Below are positions 1 through 9,186 of a DNA stretch of 64,000 nt, one piece after another. How positions within the stretch are numbered: the first letter of the stretch is position 1; the number at the start of each line of letters is the position of its first letter. Origin of the DNA: Candidatus Multivoradales bacterium (GTDB lineage: Bacteria > Acidobacteriota > Thermoanaerobaculia > Multivoradales > Multivoraceae); assembly GCA_965223325.1 (NCBI GenBank), contig CBDCWI010000002.1:1088001-1152000 (forward strand), read 5' to 3'. Position numbers and translations under genes: made by a program. The notes under the pieces were generated by a model. The model saw only the letters and a program-made list of their open reading frames with translations. It had not been told where the DNA came from and ran no database searches.

Positions 1-122
1 ACGATCGCCGCTAACGGCTTGCCGCGCCGTTCGATCACGTACTCGTCACCGTGTTCTGAAACGCGGTCGAGCAGGTCCCCGAGTTGGGATCTGACGTCGG
101 CTGTCTTGACGGTCTTCTTCAT
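1..122 (-). CDS. Type II toxin-antitoxin antitoxin, Phd/YefM family (5' part only; runs off the window)
   Basis: Not in the ORF track. Manual translation from ATG at 122 gives MKKTVKTADVRSQLGDLLDRVSEHGDEYVIERRGKPLAAI, matching the Phd/YefM pattern (R..L..LLD.V....E.V.I.R.GKP.A.I). Confidence 0.85.
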   Translation of the reverse strand, partial: MKKTVKTADVRSQLGDLLDRVSEHGDEYVIERRGKPLAAI

Positions 123-444
123 GAATCGTTCTTGCCACAGAGCGTTGATCAGCAAGGAATCGAAACACCGCGAAACGAGCACTTCGGATTCGCGATCAAG
201 CCGCGAACCAGTAGGTTTTCCAGGCATTTAGAGCCACGCGGAATCGAACTGGTGGACTCACGATTATAGCCCGACCCCGCCCGATTCAGGGCTTCGGCGA
301 AGCTCGAGTCGGCGGCTCTCGAGAGGCGGGACGAACGATCCAGGAGGGGCAGCGGTTTGCGGCTGCCGGCACCGCCCCGCGTCACCGGAAATCCTCCTCG
401 CGCGACGCCGCCGTCGGCGGTGAACCGACTCGAAATACTAGTTT

Positions 445-1281
445 TCAGCCAGGGCCATCTTCTGTCGAAGACCCCCCACGCGGCCCGCCTCCGCCGTCTT
501 TGCGATGGCCAACGAGGTAGGTCACCACCCCGTGTAGGGCGCGCACTTCGCGCTCGCTCAGGACGGCACGCTGGAAGACGTTTCGAATGTTGCGCACCAT
601 GACCGGACGCTTCTCCGGCACGCGAAGAAAGCCACTCGCGTCGAGCTCCTGCTCGAGGTGCTCGAAGAAGTTCGCCATCTCTGCCGCCGTGGCGGGCTGT
701 TCGCCGTCACCAAACCGCGCCAACGCTTCACGAGCGGTGCGCGCACCCTCATCGACGACGCCGATCCGGTGCCACTCCCAGGTCACGAGCAGAACCGCCT
801 GCGCCAGATTGAGCGACATGAACTCAGGATTGAGTGGTACGTGCAGAATCTTGTGCGCCATGGTGACTTCATCGTTGTCGAGCCCCGTACGTTCGGGCCC
901 AAAGAGCACGCCGCTGGTTGTGCCGTTCTGCGCCATGGCGCGCATTTCGCGCGCGGCCTCCATCGGAGTCACCGCCAGCTTCGACATGTCGCGACCACGG
1001 GCAGTGGTGGCGTAGAGGTGTCCGAGGTCGGCGACCGCCGCGGCCGTCGTTTCGAAGACCTCTGCCTGGTCGACGACGGGGACTGCAGTGCGAGCCATGG
1101 CGCGCGCCTTCTCATTGGGCCAGCCGTCTCGCGGCGCAACGATACGCAGCCGGTCGAAGCCGCAATTCCACATCGCGCGCGCTGCCGCGCCGATGTTTTC
1201 GCCCATCTGCGGCCTCACCAGCACGATGACCGGCACAGGGTCCTTCTCACTCTTCGATTCCAGGGGCTGCTCGCTCTCCAT
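445..1281 (-). CDS. trmJ: tRNA/rRNA 2'-O-methyltransferase, SPOUT TrmJ/LasT family
   Basis: Motifs VLVRPQMGENIGAAARAMWN, LFGPERTGL, SLNLAQAV, and a TrmJ-type C-terminal helix region (EVRALHGV). Confidence 0.88.
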   Translation of the reverse strand: MESEQPLESKSEKDPVPVIVLVRPQMGENIGAAARAMWNCGFDRLRIVAPRDGWPNEKARAMARTAVPVVDQAEVFETTAAAVADLGHLYATTARGRDMSKLAVTPMEAAREMRAMAQNGTTSGVLFGPERTGLDNDEVTMAHKILHVPLNPEFMSLNLAQAVLLVTWEWHRIGVVDEGARTAREALARFGDGEQPATAAEMANFFEHLEQELDASGFLRVPEKRPVMVRNIRNVFQRAVLSEREVRALHGVVTYLVGHRKDGGGGPRGGSSTEDGPG

Positions 1282-1379
1282 AGCTTGAGAGTCTACGGCT
1301 CACGCGAGCAGGGGCAAGAGCCTCGCCAGCGGGCTTCGTGGCAGGATGCACCCAGCCAGCTCCCGGCTCGCAAACGTTC

Positions 1380-4004
1380 ATGTCCCAGGCGCCAACAACC
1401 GATCCCCAACCAAGAACGCCCGCCCTGGCGGCGCGTCTTGCCCAGCTCAGCGACAGTGACGGGCCTGACGCCTACCTCGACCACTTCCTCGACTGGGTGA
1501 TCGAACTGGGCTTCGACCTCTTTCCTGCCCAGGAAGAGGCCCTGCTCGAGCTGATGGCCGACCGCCATGTGATTCTCAACACCCCCACCGGGTCGGGAAA
1601 ATCACTGGTGGCAGCCGGGCAACACTGGAAGACACTTGCCGAGGGCGGAACCAGCTTCTACACCGCTCCGATCAAGGCATTGGTGAGCGAGAAGTTCTTC
1701 GCGCTCTGCGACACCTTCGGCGCCGACAAAGTCGGCATGTTGACTGGCGACGCCTCGATCAACGCCGATGCGCCGATCCTCTGCTGCACCGCCGAGGTGC
1801 TCTCGAACATGGCGCTCCGTCACGGAGGAGACCTGCGTGCCGACTCGGTGGTGATGGACGAGTTCCACTACTACGGCGACCGCGACCGCGGCGTCGCCTG
1901 GCAGATACCGCTCATCACCCTCTCCCGCACCCAGTTTCTGCTCATGTCGGCAACGCTGGGCAATCCCGCCCCGATCGCCGAGCGCCTGGACCATGACACG
2001 ACGCGCACCACCGCCACCGTCAAGAGCGCGGAGCGGCCGGTACCGCTCGAGTTCGAGTACCTCGAAACCCCAATCCACGAAACCGTCGAGACCCTGCACG
2101 ACAAAGGCCGCGCACCGATCTATATCGTCAGCTTCACGCAGCGCGAATGCGCCGAACTCGCGGGCGCACTCACCAGCCTCCAGATCACCACCCGCGAAGA
2201 GCGCATGGCGATTCGCGAAGCGATTGGTGACTTTCGTTTCGACACCGCCTACGGCAAGGAGATGAAACGCTATCTCTCCTTTGGCCTCGGAATCCATCAC
2301 GCCGGGCTGCTGCCGAAGTATCGCCTGTTGGTCGAGCGGCTGGCGCAGCAGGGACTGCTCAAAGCCGTGTGCGGCACCGACACCCTGGGGGTCGGCGTCA
2401 ACATTCCGCTGCGCACGGTGGTCTTTCAGAAGCTGTGCAAATACGACGGCGAGAAGGTCGGCATTCTGGCGGTGCGCGACTTTCAGCAGATCAGCGGCCG
2501 CGCGGGTCGCAAGGGATTCGACGATCAGGGCTGGGTGGTGTGTCAGGCGCCGGAGCATGAGATCGAGAACAAGCGGCTGGCGATGAAGGTCGCCGGTGAT
2601 CCGAAGAAGGCCAAGAAGCTCCGAAAGAAGAAGCCACCGACGCGCGGCTACGTTCACTGGGACCAGGCCACCTTCGAGCGCCTGGTGAGTGGAAACCCGG
2701 AGACCCTGGAGTCGCGCTTTCATCTCTCGCACGGGATGATTCTCGATCTCATTCAACGAGACGCCGATCGCGATGACCCCAACGCTTCGAACTTCGCAGC
2801 GATCCGAAAGCTACTCGCCGACTGCCACGAGCCGCCCGAGAAGAAAGCTGAGCTCCTCTCGGAGGCCGCTCTCAGGGTGCGATCACTGGGTCGTGCCGGC
2901 ATTCTGCGGATGACCCGCGATACCCAGAACAACTATCTCTGGGTCACCGTAGACCCCGACCTGCAGATCGATTTCTCGCTCCATCGGGGCCTGTCGCTGT
3001 TTCTGGTGGAGCTGGTCGAACGGCTCGACCCGGAGGCTCCTGACTACGGCTTGCGGCTCCTGAGCTTCACCGAGGCCATCCTCGAAGATCCGCGGGTGGT
3101 GCTCTATCGCCAGATCGACAAACAAAAAGACGAGCTGGTCGCCCGCATGAAGGCCGAAGGCATCGACTACGACGAGCGCATGGCGAAACTCGAGGAAGTC
3201 ACCCACCCCAAGCCCGAAGCCGAGTTCCTCTACGGCGCCTACAGCGCCTTTCGCAACATCCACCCGTGGCTCGGCGAAGACAACGTGCGCCCGAAGTCGA
3301 TCGGTCGCGAGATGTTCGAGGGCTACATGTCGTTCGAAGACTTCATCCGCCACTACGGCCTGCAGCGCTCCGAAGGCGTCGTCCTGCGCTACTTGAGCCA
3401 GCTGTACAAGGCGCTGACCCAGAACATCCCCGACGAACTCAAGACCGAAGAGGTCTACGACGTTCTCGGCTTCTTCCGCGCCATGCTCACCCGCGTCGAC
3501 ACCAGCCTGCTCGAAGAGTGGGAGAACATGCTCGATCCCGAGCGTGGCCTGAGCAAACGCGCCGGCACCGAAGCCGGCGAGCAGGAGATCGAGCACTACG
3601 AGCTCCTGCATGACCCACGTGCCCTGCGCGCCCGCATCCGCGCCGAGGTGCACCAGCTGGTGCGGGCCCTCGCGGCGCGGGACTGGGAGGAAGCCGAGCG
3701 CCTGGTACGGCCCGCCGATCCCGAGCGCCCCGACGAAAGAGGCTCGCTCGGCAGACAGGCCATCGAAGAAGCAATCGCCCCCTACTTCGAGAGCTACGAC
3801 CACATCGACTTCACGCCCCGGGCGCGCGAAGCCAAGTGGACCCGGGTGGAAGAACCGGAACCTCGCTTCTACCGGGTCACCCAGGTTCTGGTTGATCCCG
3901 AAGACGACAACTTCTGGTATCTCGAAGGCATCGTCGACCTGCGCGACCGCCAGCGCATCGACCCCGACCAGCCCTTGTTCATGCTGACCGGCATTCGCTC
4001 GTAG
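1380..4004 (+). CDS. DEAD/DEAH-box SF2 (Ski2/HelY-like) helicase with DUF3516 C-terminal domain
   Basis: TPTGSGKS, APIKALVSEK, DEFH, MSATLG, HHAGLLPKYR, GTDTLGVGVN, QISGRAGR. Start taken at ATG 1380 (the ORF extends to GTG 1338). Confidence 0.9.
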   Translation: MSQAPTTDPQPRTPALAARLAQLSDSDGPDAYLDHFLDWVIELGFDLFPAQEEALLELMADRHVILNTPTGSGKSLVAAGQHWKTLAEGGTSFYTAPIKALVSEKFFALCDTFGADKVGMLTGDASINADAPILCCTAEVLSNMALRHGGDLRADSVVMDEFHYYGDRDRGVAWQIPLITLSRTQFLLMSATLGNPAPIAERLDHDTTRTTATVKSAERPVPLEFEYLETPIHETVETLHDKGRAPIYIVSFTQRECAELAGALTSLQITTREERMAIREAIGDFRFDTAYGKEMKRYLSFGLGIHHAGLLPKYRLLVERLAQQGLLKAVCGTDTLGVGVNIPLRTVVFQKLCKYDGEKVGILAVRDFQQISGRAGRKGFDDQGWVVCQAPEHEIENKRLAMKVAGDPKKAKKLRKKKPPTRGYVHWDQATFERLVSGNPETLESRFHLSHGMILDLIQRDADRDDPNASNFAAIRKLLADCHEPPEKKAELLSEAALRVRSLGRAGILRMTRDTQNNYLWVTVDPDLQIDFSLHRGLSLFLVELVERLDPEAPDYGLRLLSFTEAILEDPRVVLYRQIDKQKDELVARMKAEGIDYDERMAKLEEVTHPKPEAEFLYGAYSAFRNIHPWLGEDNVRPKSIGREMFEGYMSFEDFIRHYGLQRSEGVVLRYLSQLYKALTQNIPDELKTEEVYDVLGFFRAMLTRVDTSLLEEWENMLDPERGLSKRAGTEAGEQEIEHYELLHDPRALRARIRAEVHQLVRALAARDWEEAERLVRPADPERPDERGSLGRQAIEEAIAPYFESYDHIDFTPRAREAKWTRVEEPEPRFYRVTQVLVDPEDDNFWYLEGIVDLRDRQRIDPDQPLFMLTGIRS

Positions 4005-4076
4005 CTCCCGAGGGGAGTGGAGAGCCAACAAAGACGGGGGATTGACGACGAATTGAGGGTCGCCTGTTGATTCGCT

Positions 4077-4105
4077 TGTAACAAACCTGGTTCCTTGCGG
4101 AAGGA
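4077..4105 (+). promoter_or_regulatory. Candidate ECF-sigma-type promoter TGTAAC-N16-GGAAGGA
   Basis: GTAAC 4078-4082, 16-nt spacer, GGAAG 4099-4103. Same motif and spacing as the sites at 24242-24270 and 35431-35459. Confidence 0.5.
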
Positions 4106-4179
4106 GTGAAGGACAGACGTTCTACCGGCCCGACGCCGCAATGGCAGGGGCCGCAACCTGACCTTCGAAAGGAACCCTC

Positions 4180-4752
4180 ATGAACATTTCAGCAATCACC
4201 CGTCCTTCCACAATCACCAAGACGATCTTGCTCGCCTCCGCCGTCCTTCTGTTCGGTGCCGCCATCCTGACGGCAGAGGACGACGCCAGCTCCGCCGCAA
4301 TCACCTTCGAGGAACTGCGTGCCGAAACCAGCCTCGAGACTCGGAACGCTGACCTCGACTCCATGACGTCGACCGTAAAGTTGGAGCCCGGCACGACTGC
4401 GCCTTGCATTCCGCGAAAGGGGTTCTTCTGCGCATGGGATCGGCGATTCGAAGTCCAGATGATCTGGGCCGACCCGCGGGACCGGACATTCAAGCACATG
4501 GACTGGCTGGAATACTCCGACGTTGCTGTACTGGCCAACTATGGCAACGCAGCGAACGTTGAGGTCATGGTCAAAGTCCTCCCGGCTTGCAACCTGAACA
4601 ACCATTTCTGGGTCTTTGCCGGCGGCGTGACGGACCGCTACGTGGCCATCATCATCCGCGACACCTGGACCGGGCGCCGAGTGGGCTACGAGAACCTGGC
4701 GGGCAATGCCTTCAGGACGGTCAACGATACGACCGCGATTCGCTGCAACTAG
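4180..4752 (+). CDS. Secreted hypothetical protein with the Thermoanaerobaculia-type C-terminal domain
   Basis: Signal peptide (ILLASAVLLFGAAILTA). C-terminal EVMVKVLPACNLNNHFWVFAGGVTD...IRDTWTG...YEN..G motif, which I recall from acidobacterial secreted proteins. Confidence 0.7.
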   Translation: MNISAITRPSTITKTILLASAVLLFGAAILTAEDDASSAAITFEELRAETSLETRNADLDSMTSTVKLEPGTTAPCIPRKGFFCAWDRRFEVQMIWADPRDRTFKHMDWLEYSDVAVLANYGNAANVEVMVKVLPACNLNNHFWVFAGGVTDRYVAIIIRDTWTGRRVGYENLAGNAFRTVNDTTAIRCN

Positions 4753-4778
4753 CGTTCGGAGCACCACAAAAGAAGATG

Positions 4779-4810
4779 AAGCCCGGCCGAGGAATCGGCC
4801 GGGCTTTCTT
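4779..4810 (+). terminator. Rho-independent terminator
   Basis: AAGCCCGGCCGA-GGAA-TCGGCCGGGCTT perfect 12-bp stem followed by TCTT, just after the 4752 stop. Confidence 0.8.
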
Positions 4811-4900
4811 GCGTTAACAGGGTCCTGATGAAACATCTCAGCCCTATGAACGTCCCATGAGTACAGCCACGACGATTCGTTCTCTACCGCGGAGCCCCCG

Positions 4901-7372
4901 ATGCCCAGAATCCCTGGCGGTCTCGCCATGCGTCGTCTCCTACGCACGCGCTCCTTCAGCACCACAGCGATCATCACCCTCGCCCTTGGTATCGCGGCGA
5001 ACGTCGCGGTCTTCTCGGTCGTGCGCACCGTGCTGCTCGAGCCGCTCCCCTACGCCGAGCCCGAGAATCTGGTGGCGATCCTCTACAGCGCCCCGGGAAT
5101 CGGCATGGACGAGGTCCCTCAGGCAGCGGCCCTGCACCTGACCTACCTCGATCAGTCCGAGGCGTTCGAAACGGTGGCGATGTGGGACAGCTGGCGCGCC
5201 GCGGCGACCGGCAACGGCCCGCCCGAGGAGATTCCGGTGCACGATGTGACCATCGAACTGCTGCCGCTCCTGGGCGTCGATCCCGTTCTCGGTCGGGGGT
5301 TCGCTACCGAAGACGCCCGGCCCAACGCTCCGCGCACCGCGATGCTCACCCACGAGTACTGGCAGCGTCGCTACAGCGGCGACCCATCGATTCTTGGCCA
5401 GGGGATCACCCTCCAGGGTCTCGATCGCACCATCATTGGGGTCCTTCCACCCGGCTTTCGCCTGCTCGATCGCGAGAGCGCTGTCCTCATGCCACTCCAG
5501 CTGGCGCGCGACGAGCTCTTCGTTGGCATGTTCAACTACGCCGGTGTCGGCCGTCTAAAAGACGGTGTCACGCTCGAGCAGGCGAGCGCCGACCTCAACC
5601 GCCTGCTACCCATCGCGGTCGACAACTTTCCCGGCGGCCTGACCAGGCAGGTCCTTTCCGAAGCCCAGTTGGCTGCGAACCTGCACCCGCTCCACGAGCG
5701 GTTGGTCGGCGACGTCTCGCAGTTCTTGTGGATCTTGTTCGCTGCGGTCGGCGTCGTCATGCTGATTGCTTGTGCCAACGTCGCCAACCTGTTTCTGGTG
5801 CGTTCAGAGGCGCGGCACCAGGAGCTAGCAGTTCGTTCCGCTCTCGGCGCCAGCCGTCCGGCCATTCTCGGTGAGCTCTTGAGCGAAAGCCTGTGGCTGG
5901 GTCTGTTCGCCGGCTTCGTCGGCATTCCTCTGGGATGGGCCCTGGTTCGGCTGCTGCGCTTCCTGGCTCCCGAGCCGCTTCCGAGAGTCGAACAGGTCGC
6001 GATCACACCGAGCGTCGTGGTGTTCGGCCTGGCCGTTTCGGTTCTGGCCGGGCTCATGTTTGGGCTCCTGCCTGCACTTCGTCAGGCGATCGCCCTCAGC
6101 CGCGGGCTCGTTCGCTCCCTCAAAGAGGGTGGCCGCGGCGACACCGGCGGCCGTAGTCCGGCGCGCGCCCTTCTGGTCATCGCCCAGATCGCCCTCGGTC
6201 TTGTGCTGTTGGTTGGCGGCGGTCTTCTCCTGCGCAGCTTCGACGCCATGAAGAGCGTCGACCCGGGCTTTTCTGAGCCGCGCTCGGTGATGACCTTCAG
6301 GGTCGGCATTCCCGGCGCATCGCTCGAGCAAGAGATCGATGCGCTCGCCATCCAGCGACAGATCCTGGACAACCTCAGAGCCATTCCGGGAGTTTCTTCG
6401 GTGGGTGCGACAACGGCGCTTCCGATGTCTGGCCGTCAGTCGGCCGATGCCACCAACATCGAAGATTTCCCAGTCGAGGAGGGCTCGTTTCCTCCCGTCG
6501 AACGTTTCAAGTTCGTCACCCCCGGCCTCTTCGAGACCCTTGGGCAATCTCTCCTGGCAGGCCGAACGCTGGCGTGGACCGACCTGCTCGAGCGCCGGCC
6601 GGTGGTCGTCGTCGACGAAGCGTTCGCTCGTAAGTATTGGGGTGAGCCGACGGCGGCTCTCGGCAAACGAGTCGCGCCGGCAGTGGTGTCTTCCAATGCC
6701 CTGCACTGGCGGGAGATCGTCGGCGTTGTCAAAACGGTGCACGACAACGGACCGGCACAGCCCGCCGAATCGACCCTCTACTTCCCCACCGTGATGAACG
6801 ACTTCTGGGGCAATGAACTCTTCGTGCAACGCTCGCTGAGCTTTGCGCTGCGTACCGAGAGAACCTCTGACCCGAGCCTTCTGACCCAGATTCAGCAGGC
6901 GGTCTGGTCACAGCGGCCCGATCTGGCAATCGCCCAGGTCGAAACCATGGACGAGATCTACCAACGATCGATGTCGCAAGCATCGTTTGCGATGCTGATG
7001 CTGCTACTTGCCGCCGGAGCCGCGCTCCTCATTGGTTCGGTGGGCATCTACGGTGTCGTCGCCTACATCGTCGCGCAGAGAACGCGCGAGTTCGGCGTGC
7101 GCATGGCGCTCGGCGCGACAGCGGCCCAGATCACTAGCGCGGTCCTGCGCTACGGGATGGTCATGGCGAGCATTGGCGTGGCGGTGGGGCTCATCGCTGC
7201 CGCCCTCTTGTCGGGAACCATGGCGCGGTTGCTCTTCGGCGTCGAGCCACGTGATCCACTGACGTTTGGGGTCGTTGCCCTGGTGCTTGCTGCAATCACT
7301 CTCCTGGCCAGCGCTCTGGCCAGCCGGCGCGCCGCCCAGGTCGACCCAGTCACCGCGCTGCGCGCTGACTGA
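4901..7372 (+). CDS. ADOP-family (acidobacterial duplicated orphan) MacB/FtsX-type ABC permease
   Basis: TLALGIAANVAVFSVV, LIACANVANLFL.R...R..ELAVRSALGA, a second repeat QRTREFGVRMALGA, and the ending RAAQVDPVTALRAD. Confidence 0.92.
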   Translation: MPRIPGGLAMRRLLRTRSFSTTAIITLALGIAANVAVFSVVRTVLLEPLPYAEPENLVAILYSAPGIGMDEVPQAAALHLTYLDQSEAFETVAMWDSWRAAATGNGPPEEIPVHDVTIELLPLLGVDPVLGRGFATEDARPNAPRTAMLTHEYWQRRYSGDPSILGQGITLQGLDRTIIGVLPPGFRLLDRESAVLMPLQLARDELFVGMFNYAGVGRLKDGVTLEQASADLNRLLPIAVDNFPGGLTRQVLSEAQLAANLHPLHERLVGDVSQFLWILFAAVGVVMLIACANVANLFLVRSEARHQELAVRSALGASRPAILGELLSESLWLGLFAGFVGIPLGWALVRLLRFLAPEPLPRVEQVAITPSVVVFGLAVSVLAGLMFGLLPALRQAIALSRGLVRSLKEGGRGDTGGRSPARALLVIAQIALGLVLLVGGGLLLRSFDAMKSVDPGFSEPRSVMTFRVGIPGASLEQEIDALAIQRQILDNLRAIPGVSSVGATTALPMSGRQSADATNIEDFPVEEGSFPPVERFKFVTPGLFETLGQSLLAGRTLAWTDLLERRPVVVVDEAFARKYWGEPTAALGKRVAPAVVSSNALHWREIVGVVKTVHDNGPAQPAESTLYFPTVMNDFWGNELFVQRSLSFALRTERTSDPSLLTQIQQAVWSQRPDLAIAQVETMDEIYQRSMSQASFAMLMLLLAAGAALLIGSVGIYGVVAYIVAQRTREFGVRMALGATAAQITSAVLRYGMVMASIGVAVGLIAAALLSGTMARLLFGVEPRDPLTFGVVALVLAAITLLASALASRRAAQVDPVTALRAD

Positions 7373-7440
7373 CCGGTAGCAGCGGGGAGGAGAACCGCAG
7401 CTCACGGCGAGCGTCTCGAGTAGGGCCGAGTATCGCGGGC

Positions 7441-8460
7441 TTACTCGAGATCTTCGACGATAGGCTTGAGTCTGGCGACACGACGGCATCGTGAGCCGGT
7501 TTCTCCCTGGTCTTGGGACGACTCGAGGGGTGTGCAGTAGTAGCTGGAGAAGTACGAGTGAATGAGTCCTCGCTCGAGAAGGAACGTCTCGAGATCGAGT
7601 GCGTCTTGAATGAGCTTGTGCACCCGCGAATCCTCGTGGCTGTGCTTCTTGAGACTGGCCACGAGCGGCACAACTACGTTTCCACCGTGGGGCCAGTACC
7701 GATCAACCGAGAACCAGCGCTCCAAGAGCGTTTCGATCTCTGACGAACGAATCATCTCGGTCGGGTCTTCGATCGCCAGCGGCGGCAGGACGCGCGGGAC
7801 ACGGTAGTACTCCTTCGGTGCCCGATCGTAGAGCTGTTGAGCCCAGCCGAGGTCCGCCTTTGTCCACTCTTCTCTCGAGGGCCCGACGTACTCAAAAGCG
7901 TAGAGGAATCCGTCGGGCCTGAGCGCGCGTCGGGCTAGTTCCAGAAAGGACTCGAGCTCACCGAGGTGGTGTAAGACGCCATGACAGAGGATGCCATCCA
8001 GCGGCGGATCTTCTCGGCGCACGCGGTCCTCGAGGTACGACACTGCATCGATCTCTTCGTAGGTAATCGTATTGTGACCGGCTGCCGCGGCCCGGTATCG
8101 AGCCTTTTCGAGGCATGCGGCACTCACGTCGATACCGTGAATCTCGCACGCGGGAAGCCGCTGGGCCGTCTTGCGCTCGAGGTCTCCAGCGCCACAGCCG
8201 ACCGAGAGCACCCGCAAAGGTGGCTCGCGCCACTCCTCCAGTAGGTCGTAGAAGATGTCGATGTAGTCGGAGCAGGAACCCGGCAGCATCCGCGCGTTGA
8301 AGGTTGCACGCACAATGGGGATCTCTAGCCAGTAGTTCGGCTCATCAGAAGAGGGAGAGCCTGTCGACCAGCGATCCCAGTAGGCACCGCTTCGAGCTGC
8401 CTGGGCGGCCGCCTCAGACCTTCGGCGACGCCACCTCCATGTTCGAAGTCGCTCTCTCAT
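7441..8460 (-). CDS. Class I SAM-dependent methyltransferase
   Basis: VLSVGCGAG motif I, GIDVS, GVLHH, LRPDG. Start ATG 8460 is preceded by AGAAGGT. Confidence 0.8.
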   Translation of the reverse strand: MRERLRTWRWRRRRSEAAAQAARSGAYWDRWSTGSPSSDEPNYWLEIPIVRATFNARMLPGSCSDYIDIFYDLLEEWREPPLRVLSVGCGAGDLERKTAQRLPACEIHGIDVSAACLEKARYRAAAAGHNTITYEEIDAVSYLEDRVRREDPPLDGILCHGVLHHLGELESFLELARRALRPDGFLYAFEYVGPSREEWTKADLGWAQQLYDRAPKEYYRVPRVLPPLAIEDPTEMIRSSEIETLLERWFSVDRYWPHGGNVVVPLVASLKKHSHEDSRVHKLIQDALDLETFLLERGLIHSYFSSYYCTPLESSQDQGETGSRCRRVARLKPIVEDLE

Positions 8461-8760
8461 ACCTTCTTGACCCGTGGGCGCCTCGCCCACCTTCGCACAA
8501 GTGCTCCCTGCACCGGAACAACCAAGTGTAGTGAATCGCTCCGGTTTTCTCGGAGGCCGCAAACCTTGGAAGGGCGGAATCTTACTCCCGACCCTGCACG
8601 GCATCGCCGCGCGATATGTGTCCCCACCGATGCGAGCGGTTGGTGTCTCGCGTCAACCAGATTGGCCGGTGGCACGACAACCTGTCTGGCCGGTCGTCGC
8701 GGCTTGCCAATGCTGGCGTAGCGGTCGAGAGATACCGATCCTCAGATGGTCGGTGCTGGT

Positions 8761-9100
8761 GAACCCCCATCAGTATCGCTCAACGAACCCAGCTGCGCCT
8801 CTCGAGCGATCGAAGTCCGACCGAGTACGCGCCTCACGCCCTTAGGGCCCCCAACCAACAGAAACTTCCACTCAAGCCCAGGAATCCGCGGCGCGCGACC
8901 AGCGATCGAAGTCCGAGGACGCCAAAGCAGGGCGAGCGCCTCCGAAAACGGCACCCACCGCGGACCGCTTGCGCCGCAAGAGTGACACTAGAGCGGCGCG
9001 TGGTAACGACAAACCGGCGCCAAAAGGTCGAACCTCCATCAGTATCGCTCTCCAAACCACCTGCACCCACAAAAGGCCGTAAACCACGCGCCGCTCTAGT
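8761..9100. repeat. Intergenic cluster of direct and inverted repeats
   Basis: GAACC(C/T)CCATCAGTATCGCTC at 8761-8781 and 9030-9050. AGCGATCGAAGTCCGA at 8805-8820 and 8901-8916. Perfect 18-bp inverted repeat ACTAGAGCGGCGCGTGGT at 8987-9004 / 9083-9100. Confidence 0.85.
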
Positions 9101-9186
9101 ACGCTTCTGCCCTCCATGCGTATGCTGACTTCCCTGGCCTGGGACCACTCGAGCGAGCGGTCACCACGCGGCATCAGGACCGCCCG

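Noticed and set aside
4901-7372. Permease lacking a neighbouring ATPase as a novelty
   Set aside because: Orphan location is the defining, known property of the ADOP family.
8761-9100. CRISPR array or retron msr/msd
   Set aside because: Only two copies of each repeat with irregular spacing, and no cas or reverse transcriptase gene in the window.
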